From NCBI GenBank assembly GCA_965230995.1, contig OZ246398.1, positions 656,213 through 720,212 on the forward strand: a stretch of 64,000 bases of DNA. Reading direction: 5' to 3'. Both the position numbers and the translations under genes were made by a program. Source of the DNA: an uncultured Candidatus Saccharibacteria bacterium. GTDB lineage: Bacteria; Patescibacteriota; Minisyncoccia; Phycocordibacterales; G965230995. The notes under the pieces are model-generated. The model searched no databases and had not been told where the DNA came from. It worked only from the letters and a program-made list of their open reading frames with translations. This document shows positions 41,998 to 52,700 of this stretch, piece by piece (within the stretch, counting starts at the first letter, position 1; the number at the start of each line of letters is the position of its first letter).

Positions 41998-42500
41998 ACC
42001 GATTAAAAACAGAAAAGCCCGACACGATAATCAGACTAATCTGTTCCGTGTACGGACTTGTGCTACTTCTCCTGACTGCTGGAACGGGTCGCACGACCGA
42101 AATCTGTGGCGAAAAGCTCCTTGATATACTTTTCGTGTTTCATCCAGAATTCGATATTCCGTTCGAGCTCGGTACGAACTCGGCTGGGCGCAAGCATACC
42201 CCGCAAGACAACTGCCCGATTGAGACACTCGTCGTAGTTGAGGAACTTTTGCCCCTCATCACGCGCCGAGAACCTCATCTCTACTTTGCCCTTCTTCTTC
42301 AACATAATCCTCGCAATGCCACACTTTTTGCTGAATTGCGACAGGACTTGAGAGAAGATCGCGTTGTTCAGAGCAAGAGCAACCTCGTCTCGAGCGCTGC
42401 GGCATGACTTTCGAGTCATGTGAACCCCCAAAAAATCTAAGAACTGAGAATCGAAGTTTCGAACCTATTTATAAATGATAATCAAAAAAATATTTACAGC
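41998..42500. other. GC-rich island C (single-gene foreign-composition cassette between convergent rnr and smc)
   Basis: About 55% GC. Own promoter, leader motif ATAGGTTCGAAAC and terminator-like hairpin. Confidence 0.65.
42063..42419 (-). CDS. hypothetical protein (about 118 aa) in GC-rich island C
   Basis: ATG at 42419 (the ORF track's extra 4 codons start at a TTG). GGGGG Shine-Dalgarno upstream. The plus-strand 119-aa ORF is judged a shadow ORF. Confidence 0.5.
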   Translation of the reverse strand: MTRKSCRSARDEVALALNNAIFSQVLSQFSKKCGIARIMLKKKGKVEMRFSARDEGQKFLNYDECLNRAVVLRGMLAPSRVRTELERNIEFWMKHEKYIKELFATDFGRATRSSSQEK

Positions 42501-42503
42501 AAG

Positions 42504-44786
42504 TTATTTTGCAACCTTGACTGCTTCGTCAAAAGCAATAGAAAGCAATTTTGAAACCCCACCGGAATTCATTGTGACACCGTAAATAACGCCAGCTCTA
42601 GACATTGTTTCCCTATTGTGGGTAATCAAAATAAGCTGAGAATAATCAGAAAGATTCTGTATCATATCTCCGTATTTTCTAGAATTAGCTTCGTCCAGTG
42701 CTGCGTCTGTTTCGTCCAATATAATAAATGGCGGAGGGTTTACTTGTGACATAGCAAACAGAAGCGCAATAGATGTTAGGGCTCTTTCCCCACCAGAGAG
42801 CATCATAAGACTCTTTATCTTTTTTCTAGGGAGAGAAACAGATATTTCAACTCCTTCTTCTTGTTCGCCTTCTTCGCTGTCTTCTGTCTCAAGGGCCACT
42901 TCGTCTTCTTCGGTCTTTTTTTGTTTTCTCTTTTCTTGCTTTACTACTGACAAACCAGCATTTCCACCACCAAACATAACAGAAAAGAATTTTCCGAATT
43001 CTGTATTTATTTTCTTTATTCCCTCTTTAAATTCTGCTTCTATCCTTGTCTCAAGATCTATAATTAATTCTCGCAAAGCTTCACTACTCTTGTACAAATC
43101 TTCTAGTTCTTTTAGCAAGAACTGATCACGGGCAGTTACGCTTTCATATTCTTTTAGAACGTCATCGCTATTTCCAGCACCCGCATCTTCGAGTCTGATT
43201 TTCAATCGCTCTAGTTTTTTTCTTCTTTCATATTGATTTTGTCTGTCCTCAAGATGGATTACGGTTGAATCCAAAAGTTGTCCATTCTGGTCTTTAATTT
43301 GAGTTGTCTCAAAGTTCTTTATACCAAGTCCAACAAGAACAACAGCTTCTCTGACTTCACCTTCAAAGGCTTCTTTGTCTACAGAAAATCTATTTTGTCT
43401 GATTGCCAGTTCTGAAAGCACATTTTCTACTTGGCTCAAATCAGCTTTAATCTGAAAGACAGCCCTTTCTGCATCTCTATTAGAATCCTTTTCAGCCTCA
43501 ATTTCGTTTTTAATTTTTTCTAATTCACCAGAAAGTTTTGTTTCTTCATTCATTATCTGTGAGAGAGCGTCTTCTTTTGACTTCTTTTCTGTCATTCTGT
43601 TTTTTATCTCTGCTTCAAAACCGGCAATATGAGAATTATCTGCATCACTTTTTTGTTCAGAAAGAAATTCTGAGAAAATTATTCGGATTTGTTTGATATA
43701 TGAAAGTAGCTTGGATGGGTCAGTTTCTCCATCACTTTCTTTGGTTAAATTTTCTATTTGTCTGTACACAGAAAATACAGATGACAGCCTAATCATTTTT
43801 TGATCATCTGATTCAAGTTTTTTCTTTTCAACCGATATCAACCTTTCAAGAGAAGAGACCTCTCCTTCTACACGGCCAATCTCTCTTAGAAGTTCATTTT
43901 TTCTACTTCTTGTTTCTGTAATTTTGCTATCAATATCTATAAAAAGTTTGCTTTTTTCGTCTTCCTTTTTGGTGTCTTCTAGAATTTTTTTGGCTTTAGA
44001 TAAAGATTCTTCCAGTTCTTTTTTTCTATTCAAAGGTTGCGAAAATAATCTTTTTATTTCTTCATTTTCAAAATCAAGATAAACTTTTTCTCTTTTTAAA
44101 TATTCATTATACAAATCGGTAAGCTCGAGCTTCATCGACATTGCTTGTTCTATTTTTTCGACTTGTTTTTTGAGAAATTTTATATGAGGAGCGATTTCTC
44201 TTCGCATCAATTCTATTTCTTTGACGTTTTCTTCGGTCTTCTCGAGTTTTTTGATGCTTTCGTTTTTCTTGTACTGAAAAGTCTTTAGACCCAGGGCGTC
44301 CTCGATAATCATCTTTCTCTCTTTTGGGTTACTGCTCAGTATCCTATCAGCCTCACCCTGAGAAATAATATGATGACCGCTCTGTCCAATATGCGCACTA
44401 GATAGTAATTCCAAAACATCTTTTAATCTTACAGCGCTACCATTTATGAAATATTCGTTAGAACCATCTCGGAAAACAATTCTTTCTATCACCACCTCAT
44501 CCATATCAATAGGAAGGAGTCTTTTTGTATTATCAAATGTAACTTTTACAGAAGCCCTGTTTGCTCGCCCACCATCGCCACCACCGTTAAAAATTAGATC
44601 TTCACCCCTTTTTCCTCGCATTGATTTTATGGATTGCTCACCTAGCACAAAACGAAAGGCTTCGGCAATGTTGCTTTTACCTGAACCATTGGGGCCAACA
44701 ATACCTGCTATTGGACTAGAAAACTCCAAGACACATTTTTGTCCAAAGGATTTAAATCCGGCAAGTTCTAACTGCTTTAAATACAT
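42504..44786 (-). CDS. smc: chromosome partition protein SMC (short, about 760 aa)
   Basis: N-terminal Walker A GPNGSGKSN. C-terminal ABC signature LSGGERALTSIALLFA and Walker B ILDETDAALD. Coiled-coil between them is shorter than typical. Confidence 0.8.
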   Translation of the reverse strand: MYLKQLELAGFKSFGQKCVLEFSSPIAGIVGPNGSGKSNIAEAFRFVLGEQSIKSMRGKRGEDLIFNGGGDGGRANRASVKVTFDNTKRLLPIDMDEVVIERIVFRDGSNEYFINGSAVRLKDVLELLSSAHIGQSGHHIISQGEADRILSSNPKERKMIIEDALGLKTFQYKKNESIKKLEKTEENVKEIELMRREIAPHIKFLKKQVEKIEQAMSMKLELTDLYNEYLKREKVYLDFENEEIKRLFSQPLNRKKELEESLSKAKKILEDTKKEDEKSKLFIDIDSKITETRSRKNELLREIGRVEGEVSSLERLISVEKKKLESDDQKMIRLSSVFSVYRQIENLTKESDGETDPSKLLSYIKQIRIIFSEFLSEQKSDADNSHIAGFEAEIKNRMTEKKSKEDALSQIMNEETKLSGELEKIKNEIEAEKDSNRDAERAVFQIKADLSQVENVLSELAIRQNRFSVDKEAFEGEVREAVVLVGLGIKNFETTQIKDQNGQLLDSTVIHLEDRQNQYERRKKLERLKIRLEDAGAGNSDDVLKEYESVTARDQFLLKELEDLYKSSEALRELIIDLETRIEAEFKEGIKKINTEFGKFFSVMFGGGNAGLSVVKQEKRKQKKTEEDEVALETEDSEEGEQEEGVEISVSLPRKKIKSLMMLSGGERALTSIALLFAMSQVNPPPFIILDETDAALDEANSRKYGDMIQNLSDYSQLILITHNRETMSRAGVIYGVTMNSGGVSKLLSIAFDEAVKVAK

Positions 44787-44828
44787 TATCTTTGATTATA
44801 CGACAAAAACCTGTGTTAAAAAAGCAGA

Positions 44829-45518
44829 CTATATCCACCCTTTTTCACTGAGAGCATTTCTCGCTGCCATTTGCTCGGCGTCCTGTTTTGATCTGCCCTC
44901 GCCTTTTGCCACAAGTTCTTTTCCTAGATATACACCGACTTCAAATCTTTTGTCGTGATCCGGACCAGATTCTTTTAGTGTTTTATACAATGGAGTAATA
45001 GAAACCTCGTCCTGAGATTTTTCTTGGAATTTGCTCTTTGCATCTATCCACGAACCCATCTTTAAAACATCATCAATTTTTGGAGTAACGTGAGACAAAA
45101 TAAATTTCTTTGCTTCATCATATCCCGCCCCGAGATATATTGCCCCAATTATTGCTTCGATTGTATTTGCAAGAATATATTGTCTTGCTCTACCTGTATC
45201 TTTTGATTCTCCGTGTGATAGCAAAAGATAATCATTTACAGAAAGAGCCTCTGCTACTTCGGCAAGAGTCGTAGCATTTACCAAGGCAGACCTATAGGCC
45301 GTCATATCACCTTCGGTCTTGTCCGCATAAGTATTAAACAAGAAATCTGTAACGACTAGCTCGAGCACAGCATCTCCTAAAAATTCGAGTCTTTCGTTAT
45401 GAGCCAAACCCAAATCTCTATTTTCGTTTATATATGATCTGTGAGTGAAGGCTTGTTTTATTAAACCGACGTCTTTGGTCTGCACCCCCGCTTTTTCTAG
45501 AAAAGTTTTGTAATTCAT
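44829..45518 (-). CDS. rnc: ribonuclease III
   Basis: RNase III signature ERLEFLGDAVLE plus C-terminal dsRBD. Confidence 0.9.
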   Translation of the reverse strand: MNYKTFLEKAGVQTKDVGLIKQAFTHRSYINENRDLGLAHNERLEFLGDAVLELVVTDFLFNTYADKTEGDMTAYRSALVNATTLAEVAEALSVNDYLLLSHGESKDTGRARQYILANTIEAIIGAIYLGAGYDEAKKFILSHVTPKIDDVLKMGSWIDAKSKFQEKSQDEVSITPLYKTLKESGPDHDKRFEVGVYLGKELVAKGEGRSKQDAEQMAARNALSEKGWI

Positions 45519-45601
45519 CTTTTTACTTCAGAAAGAGAAATCGACAATAAAGAAAACTTGATTGATGGTTTCTTCTTCTGATTAATTGTTAATCTTCTAA
45601 A

Positions 45602-46498
45602 CTATTTATTTGATGCCAATATTTTTATTGATTTTGTTATTAATGGCAAAATATCATCATAAAAATTAAGGTCTGTAATATCCTCGACATCAAACCATTT
45701 TGCATCGTCGAGACCACCTGTTTTTTCAAGAGATATTTCTTTGAAATCAGTTTTTGCAAGGAAATAATTGACTCTCTTTCTGATTTTTCCAATCTCTGGG
45801 TCATATGCAATGTATTCGTTTACTCCCAAATCAGCGATTATTTCTATATCAAGACCGATTTCTTCTTTGATTTTCTTCTTTGTTCCTTCTTTTATATCAA
45901 GACCTTGTTCTAATTTACCTTTTGACAATGTCCAATGACCAAACACATCGTGAACCAGAGCAACAAGAATCTTGCCTTCTTTTTCGCAATAGACAACTGC
46001 CCCACCCAAATCCAAAATCGGCGCTTCGCTATCAGGAATATTCTTTATCTTTTTTTTTGGTTTGTCGTCTTTACCCGGTTCGCCCATTTCTTTGTAGACG
46101 GCACCGAGGACACCGTTGACGAATTTTCCGCTAGTGTCCCCACCAAATGATTTTGCAAGTTCAATTGCTTCGTTTATAGCAACCTTTGGTGGAACTTCGC
46201 CTCTATCAGAAAACAAGAGCTCAAAGAGTCCAATCCTCAAAATATTTCTATCTACGGTTGATATCTTTTCAAGTGGCCAGTCTGGAGCCGCCTTTGATAT
46301 GACAACATCTAATTCTTTTTTTCTTTTTATAACACCATCGAGGAGAGAATCCATAAATGATTCGTCAGCAAGCCCTTGAGAAAATTCTTCTTTGTTTCGT
46401 ATAAATGCTTTCATAGCATAATCAACACTCTCATTTCGAAAGTCTTGTTCGAATAGAGTCTGAAGAACTATTTGTCTTGAAAGGTGCCTATTTGCCAT
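45602..46498 (-). CDS. nusB: NusB-domain / NUDIX-hydrolase fusion protein
   Basis: N-terminal about 140 aa NusB-like (RHLSRQIVLQTLFE...). C-terminal half carries Nudix box GHWTLSKGKLEQGLDIKEGTKKKIKEEIGL. Confidence 0.7.
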   Translation of the reverse strand: MANRHLSRQIVLQTLFEQDFRNESVDYAMKAFIRNKEEFSQGLADESFMDSLLDGVIKRKKELDVVISKAAPDWPLEKISTVDRNILRIGLFELLFSDRGEVPPKVAINEAIELAKSFGGDTSGKFVNGVLGAVYKEMGEPGKDDKPKKKIKNIPDSEAPILDLGGAVVYCEKEGKILVALVHDVFGHWTLSKGKLEQGLDIKEGTKKKIKEEIGLDIEIIADLGVNEYIAYDPEIGKIRKRVNYFLAKTDFKEISLEKTGGLDDAKWFDVEDITDLNFYDDILPLITKSIKILASNK

Positions 46499-46560
46499 TT
46501 ATATTATTGTAACAAACTTGTAAGCAAAAAGACAATGCTCCGTGCATTGTCTTTTTGACA

Positions 46561-46776
46561 TTACTTCTTTTCTTGTGATTTTTTAACTTTCTTTTCGAGA
46601 TCTTTTTCGACATTCAAAACTGCTTTTCCTTTGTAAGTTCCGCAGTTTAAACATACTCGATGATTCTCTTTTGCGGTACCGCATTTTTCGCAGACAGAAG
46701 AAACTGTCTTGTCGATCGCATGATGTGATCGTCTATTTGCGGTGTGCGCTCTTGTGTGTCGCATTCGTACTGTCAT
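46561..46776 (-). CDS. rpmF: 50S ribosomal protein L32 (extended C-terminus)
   Basis: N-terminal [17 protein letters not shown] and CxxC...CxxC zinc-ribbon pattern. Confidence 0.7.
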   Translation of the reverse strand: MTVRMRHTRAHTANRRSHHAIDKTVSSVCEKCGTAKENHRVCLNCGTYKGKAVLNVEKDLEKKVKKSQEKK

Positions 46777-46834
46777 AACGGAATAGTATAATACAAGCTT
46801 TTTAAAAAAGCAAGTTTAATTTTATAGATATTTA

Positions 46835-47581
46835 TTAGGCCTGGATTTTTGAAAATAGGTAGCTACCGAGGCTCAAAAATACTAGATTAATTAGAAGCAA
46901 AACAACAATATCTGTTGTTAATCCTATATGTGAAGTATTGGTCAGTAACCCCCTAAAGGCATCGATACCGTAGGTAAGAGGATCTATTCTAGATAAAATA
47001 GCGAGAACTTTTGGTATACCCTCGAGAGGAAACAGAGCTCCCGACAGAAAGAAAATCGGCATGACCAAAAAGTTCATAATGATTTGAAAGCCTTGCATAT
47101 CAGTTAGCTTTGATGCAATTGCCGTACCGAGTGCCGTAAATGCACACGCCACCAAAAACATTACAAAAACTAGCGGTATAACATTCCACCAAGAATCTGG
47201 CCTAAAACCGATAAATAGAGAAAGTATAAAAACCAAAATTCCCTGCATCACAGCAACCGTTGCCCCACCCAGAGTTCTACCCAACATAATATTAAATCTC
47301 GATATAGGTGCGACGAGTGTTTCCTTTAAAAATCCAAACTGTCTATCCCAAATTAATTCAATTCCAGAAAATATCGCCATAAAGAGTATTGTCATTCCGA
47401 TAATTCCTGGAGCAAGAAAATCAATATAATTTCCACCACCCGCTTTTGAATAAACAGGTCCAAAACCGTAACCCAGAGCAACTAAATACAAAACCGGCTG
47501 GCCAAGAGAACCAATAATTCTTGCCCTAGAACGAAACGACCTTTTTATTTGTCTCAACCAAAGAATATATATTGTTTTCAT
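46835..47581 (-). CDS. ABC-2 type transporter permease
   Basis: 248 aa with 6 TM segments. Adjacent to the ATPase gene. Confidence 0.75.
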   Translation of the reverse strand: MKTIYILWLRQIKRSFRSRARIIGSLGQPVLYLVALGYGFGPVYSKAGGGNYIDFLAPGIIGMTILFMAIFSGIELIWDRQFGFLKETLVAPISRFNIMLGRTLGGATVAVMQGILVFILSLFIGFRPDSWWNVIPLVFVMFLVACAFTALGTAIASKLTDMQGFQIIMNFLVMPIFFLSGALFPLEGIPKVLAILSRIDPLTYGIDAFRGLLTNTSHIGLTTDIVVLLLINLVFLSLGSYLFSKIQA

Positions 47582-47582
47582 A

Positions 47583-48374
47583 TTATCTTCTGTTCATTTT
47601 TCTCCTCATTCTCATAACATCGAGCGAACTTGCTTCTTCTTCTCTAATAGTTGTACCTGTTAGGGCCAAAAATGCCTCTTCGAGATTATTTGTTTTTGTC
47701 TGTGTTTTTAATTGTTCTGACGTACCCGAAGCAATTATTTTTCCGTGGTCAATAATAGCTATTCTTTGAGCAATCTTTTCTGCTTCTTCCATATAATGAG
47801 TAGTAAAAAATATTGTTGTTCCCTCTTCTTGGTTTAATTTTTTTAGATACTCCCACATATGATTTCTCGTTTGTGGGTCGAGACCTATTGTAGGTTCATC
47901 AAGAAAAAATATTTTTGGATGATGCAGTAGACCGCGAGCAATTTCGAGTCGCCTCTTCATACCACCAGAAAATTCCTTTACAAAGCTGTCCTTTCTGTCC
48001 CAAAGATCAACAAACCGAAGCAATTCTTCCATTCGTGTTCTTCGAACTTTTTTTGGTATATCGTACAAAACTCCATGAAATTCAAGATTCTCCCATGCGG
48101 TGAGCTCATCGTCGGTACTCGGATCCTGAAAAACAATACCGAAAGAACGCCTGGCTTCATCAGGATTTGAAACCGGGTCAAAATCATTTAATCTCAGAGT
48201 TCCAGAGGTTGGATCAAGTAGTGTTGTGAGCATCTTTATTGTTGTGGATTTTCCTGCACCGTTCGGTCCAAGAAAAGCAAAAATCTCTCCTTTTTTTACG
48301 TCGAAAGAAATATCATTTACTGCAGTAAAGTCCTTGAATTTCTTTACTAAATTTTTTACCTCAATACTATTCAT
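47583..48374 (-). CDS. ABC transporter ATP-binding protein
   Basis: Walker A GPNGAGKST, signature SGGMKRR, Walker B FFLDEP. Confidence 0.9.
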   Translation of the reverse strand: MNSIEVKNLVKKFKDFTAVNDISFDVKKGEIFAFLGPNGAGKSTTIKMLTTLLDPTSGTLRLNDFDPVSNPDEARRSFGIVFQDPSTDDELTAWENLEFHGVLYDIPKKVRRTRMEELLRFVDLWDRKDSFVKEFSGGMKRRLEIARGLLHHPKIFFLDEPTIGLDPQTRNHMWEYLKKLNQEEGTTIFFTTHYMEEAEKIAQRIAIIDHGKIIASGTSEQLKTQTKTNNLEEAFLALTGTTIREEEASSLDVMRMRRKMNRR

Positions 48375-48418
48375 AATTCTCGGTATTCTATCACAAAAAT
48401 TTTAAATAAACAAAAAGC

Positions 48419-48449
48419 GTCCGGTTTCGGGGGTGGAACCCGAAACCGG
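48419..48449 (-). terminator. rho-independent terminator of island D gene (TCCGGTTTCGGG-ggtggaa-CCCGAAACCGGA)
   Basis: 12-bp perfect stem. T-run on the minus strand (CGCTTTTTGTTTATTT). Confidence 0.7.
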
Positions 48450-48465
48450 ACGCGAGGACGGACGC

Positions 48466-48882
48466 TCACTTGCTGGCAAGAAGCCAGAGAGCGATGAACC
48501 CGGCGAGAATTCCTGCGACCTTGCGGACCGTGAGTTCACCACTCATCACCATGTGGTAGACTGCCGGAACGGCAAACTGTACCACAAGCATGATGAGGAA
48601 GTACTTCCCGATTTCCGCTTGACTCGCCTTGGCACAGATGGTGTTAAGTGCCAGGACGCCAATCGCCCCGATGAGTCCTGCCAGCAACGCGATGAGGAAC
48701 GATCCTTTATCGTGTGCGACAGTCTGACCAAAGAGGGGTAGCGTAAACCCTACAACAAACGCAATTGTCATCGCCCACAACCACGAGGCGAACGGGCCCG
48801 AAAGCCCAGAGCGACTCATCACTAAGGGCCAGGCTGCGAAAGACAGACCAGTCACAACAGCGAGGATGTAGTACCGCATCAA
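48466..48882 (-). CDS. small 4-TM membrane protein (SMR/DMT-like architecture) in GC-rich island D
   Basis: 138 aa with four hydrophobic helices. AGGAG Shine-Dalgarno. Confidence 0.55.
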   Translation of the reverse strand: MMRYYILAVVTGLSFAAWPLVMSRSGLSGPFASWLWAMTIAFVVGFTLPLFGQTVAHDKGSFLIALLAGLIGAIGVLALNTICAKASQAEIGKYFLIMLVVQFAVPAVYHMVMSGELTVRKVAGILAGFIALWLLASK

Positions 48883-49032
48883 ATTCTCCTGGTTCGTTGT
48901 TCACAAAGTCCAATTCGTCTTAAATGATAACATATTGTATATAAAACGTCAATATATAAAGGAAATATGCACACACATTTAGCACTTTTTAGTAGGATTA
49001 GTTATTAATTAAAAATAACAATATTTTGTTTA

Positions 49033-49644
49033 TTACATTTTTATCCAAGTTTTTCTATGGATATCAGATATTCCGTGTTTTTTTATCGCTTCAATATGCT
49101 TTTTTGTCCCATAGCCTTTATGAATATGAAAGTCATATTGTGGATATTTTTTTGATATCTTTATCATATATCTATCTCTAGTGACTTTTGCCATCACTGA
49201 TGCCATACCAATTACAGGAATTAAACTGTCCCCTTTTATAATTGTCTTTTGTTTTGTAAATTCTTTAGGGGCGTACAGTGAACCGTCGAGAAAAACCTCG
49301 ACATCTTTGCAATCTCTTTCAATTTTTTGCAAAATCTTTTTCAGAGATTTTGAGAGTCCATATTTTATTGCAAAAGAAATTCCTTTTTTATCAATTACCT
49401 TTTCACTAACCAAAGAAACTTCAAAAAAACATTTTTGTTCTTTTGCAAATTCATACATATCCAAAAAAATTTCTTCTCTTTTCTTTACGGTAAGTTTTTT
49501 TGAGTCATTTGCATCTTTTAGGACTTTCTTTGTAAATCTTTTTTCTAGAGCAAATACAGAAACAGAAACTGGTCCAGCAAGAGGGCCTCTACCTGCTTCA
49601 TCAATTCCTATTATGTATTTTGACTGCTTTTTCTGCATACACAT
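49033..49644 (-). CDS. rnhB: ribonuclease HII
   Basis: IIGIDEAGRGPLAGPV active-site motif. Confidence 0.9.
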   Translation of the reverse strand: MCMQKKQSKYIIGIDEAGRGPLAGPVSVSVFALEKRFTKKVLKDANDSKKLTVKKREEIFLDMYEFAKEQKCFFEVSLVSEKVIDKKGISFAIKYGLSKSLKKILQKIERDCKDVEVFLDGSLYAPKEFTKQKTIIKGDSLIPVIGMASVMAKVTRDRYMIKISKKYPQYDFHIHKGYGTKKHIEAIKKHGISDIHRKTWIKM

Positions 49645-49700
49645 AGTATACCTAAAAATGTCTAGAATACGCCCGCTTTGCTTTTTGGTATAATGTTATT

Positions 49701-52700
49701 ATGTCTAAATTCGTCCATCTGCATTTACACAGCCACTACAGTCTGCTCAATGCTTTGCCGAAAGTAAAAGAAATAGTAAAAGCCTGTGTTGCAAACAATA
49801 TGAAAGCCGTTGCAATTACTGACAACGGAAATATGCATGGTGCGATCGATTTCTACAAAAAATGTACCGAAGCAGGTATCAAACCAATTATTGGAGTTGA
49901 TTTTTATCTTGCATCCAGAACACTTCACGACAAACAACCCGGCATTGATACTGAAAGATACAGATTGGTTTTGCTTGCAAAAGACATCACTGGATATCGA
50001 AATTTAATCAAACTTTCCACAACAGGCTATGTTGAAGGTTTTTATTACAAACCTCGAATAGACAAAGAAATTCTCACAAAACACACAGAAGGGTTGATTT
50101 GTATATCACCTTCTTTTAGTGGAGATATTTCAAAAGCATTAAGACACGATGATACAAAAAAGGCCGAAGATCTCGTCTCCTATTACAAAAATCTTTTTGG
50201 AGAAGATTTTTATATCGAAATCACACATCATCCTGAAATAATGGGACACGAAGAACATATGGAAAAGTTGATTGATTTTTCCAAAAAATTAAATGTCCCA
50301 ATTGTGGGTGCTCACGATGTCTATTACATAAATCCCGAAGATCATTCCGCAAGAGAGACACTCATTACTGTTGGAACAGGATCTATTTCTTCTGGAAACA
50401 TTGGTGATGGTGGAGAAGAAGATTTTTCTTTTATTTCTTCAAAAAAGGCCGAGGAGCTTTTTAAAAACACACCAGAAGCAATAGAAAATATTGAAAAAAT
50501 TGTAAATAAATGCAACCTCACTTTGGAACTCGGAAAATGGACATTTCCAAAATACCCAATAAACGAAGGAGAAAGTTACGATGATATCCTTAGAGAGAAG
50601 GCTTACGAGGGAATAAAAAAAAGAGGCTTAAAAGAAACACCGGAACTAACGACGCGAGTAGACTACGAACTTTCTGTTATCAAACAAAAAGGATATTCTT
50701 CATATTTTTTGATTGTGTCAGACCTGCTCAAACATGCAAAAGATGCTGGAATCGTGAGCACAACTAGAGGATCTGCTGCTGGATCAATGGTTTCGTATCT
50801 AACATATATTACAACAGTGAACCCAATGGAATATAAACTTCCATTTGAAAGATTCCTAAACCCCGAAAGACCGTCCGCCCCCGATATCGATATGGATATC
50901 GCCGACGACAAGAGAGACGATATGATAAATTACGCCAAGCAAAAATATGGCGAAGACAAAGTCGCACAGATTGGAACTTTTGGAACAATGATGGCACGAG
51001 GATCTGTGAGAGACGTTGCGAGAGCTTTAGGCTTTTCATATAACGAAGGTGACAGAATTGCAAAACTTATTCCAATGGGTTCGCAAGGTTTTCCTATGAC
51101 AATCAGCAGGGCGATAGAAATGGAACCAGAACTCAAGGAAATATACGAAAAAGAAACAGAAGCAAAAGAGATAATCGATATGGCAAAAAAAATTGAGGGT
51201 TGCGCCCGTCACATTTCTGTTCACGCAGCTGGTGTGGTTATTGCCCCTTCCCCCCTTACTGACTATACCCCACTACTACTTGATCCAAAGGGCGGTAAAC
51301 TCATCACTCAATTCAATATGCACGCCGTCGAAGACGCCGGTTTGGTAAAATTCGACTTTCTTGGAATTAAAAACCTCGCCATTCTTTCTGATGCAATAAA
51401 AAGAGTAAAGAAAATTGCAGGAGAAATCGTAGACCTCGACACAATTCCTCTAAACGATATAAAGACTTTTGAAATGCTTGCTCGCGGAGAGACAATTGGA
51501 GTATTTCAATTATCTGGTACAGGTATGACAAAATACCTAAAGGACCTAAAACCAACAAACATACACGATATAAACGCTATGGTGGCACTCTATCGTCCAG
51601 GTCCGATGGAATCTATTCCTGAATATATCAAGAGAAAATACAACAAACACTTGATTGAATATCTCGATCCTAGGATGAAGGATATTCTCGATCAATCTTT
51701 TGGTGTTATCACATACCAGGACGACGTTATGATGATTGCAATCAAACTGGGAGGATATTCCTGGCTCGAAGCCGACAAATTGCGAAAGGCTATGGGTAAA
51801 AAAATACCCGAGGAAATGGAGGCACAAAAGAAAAAACTTCACGAAGGACTCCTCAAAAATGGAATGTCTGAAAGCAAAGCAAAAGAATTATGGGCGCTTA
51901 TTGAACCTTTTGCTGCTTACGGTTTTAACAAAGCTCACGCTGCAAGTTACGGAAAGGTTGCCTATCAAACTGCATATATGAAGGCAAATTACCCTGCTAT
52001 ATATATGTCTGCTGTCCTCACAGCTGACTCTGGTGATACAGAAAAAATTGCCGAAATAATTGGTGAATGTAAACATCTAAAAATTCCAGTTCTTCCGCCG
52101 GATATAAACGAAAGCTACGAACCATTTTCTGTGGTAACAAAAGACCCCAACAAAGAGGGCGATGTTGATAAAATTAGATTCGGTTTGGTAACTGTAAAAA
52201 ACTTTGGTGAACACATTGCTCATATAATTGTCGAAGAAAGAAAAGTAAACGGCAAATTTTTATCAATGCAAGATTTTCTCGAAAGAATTAAAGACAGAAA
52301 TCTAAACAAAAAGTCTCTAGAAGCCTTAATCAAAGTCGGAGCATTTGATTCTTTTGGCGAAAGAGGAATGTTACTAGCAAACCTCGAAAATCTTTTGGCT
52401 TACAACAAAGAAAATAACAAAAGAGAAACCGACCAAGACTCTATTTTTGGATTAATGCAAGACACCTCTACTGTTCCAGGTCTAAAATTACAAAACTTTC
52501 CACCCGTATCAGAATCGATTAGATTGTCTTGGGAAAAAGAATTGCTTGGTTTGTATATTTCAGGCCACCCATTAAACGCTCACGCAAATACACTGCGAGC
52601 AAAACCAAACATAAAATACCTTAAACAATTTTCAAAAGAAAATGATGTAGTAAAGGTTGCAGGTATCGCCGAAGAAGTCAAAGAAATCTTTACTAAAAAA

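Larger units (their letters stand above)
48405..48960. other. GC-rich island D (single-gene foreign-composition cassette)
   Basis: About 57% GC ORF with promoter TTGACG-17-TATCAT and a 12-bp perfect hairpin terminator. Confidence 0.65.

Noticed and set aside
42048-42407. 119-aa plus-strand ORF opposite the island C gene
   Set aside because: No promoter or RBS. The minus-strand ORF has promoter, shared leader motif and Shine-Dalgarno. Homolog conservation would settle it.
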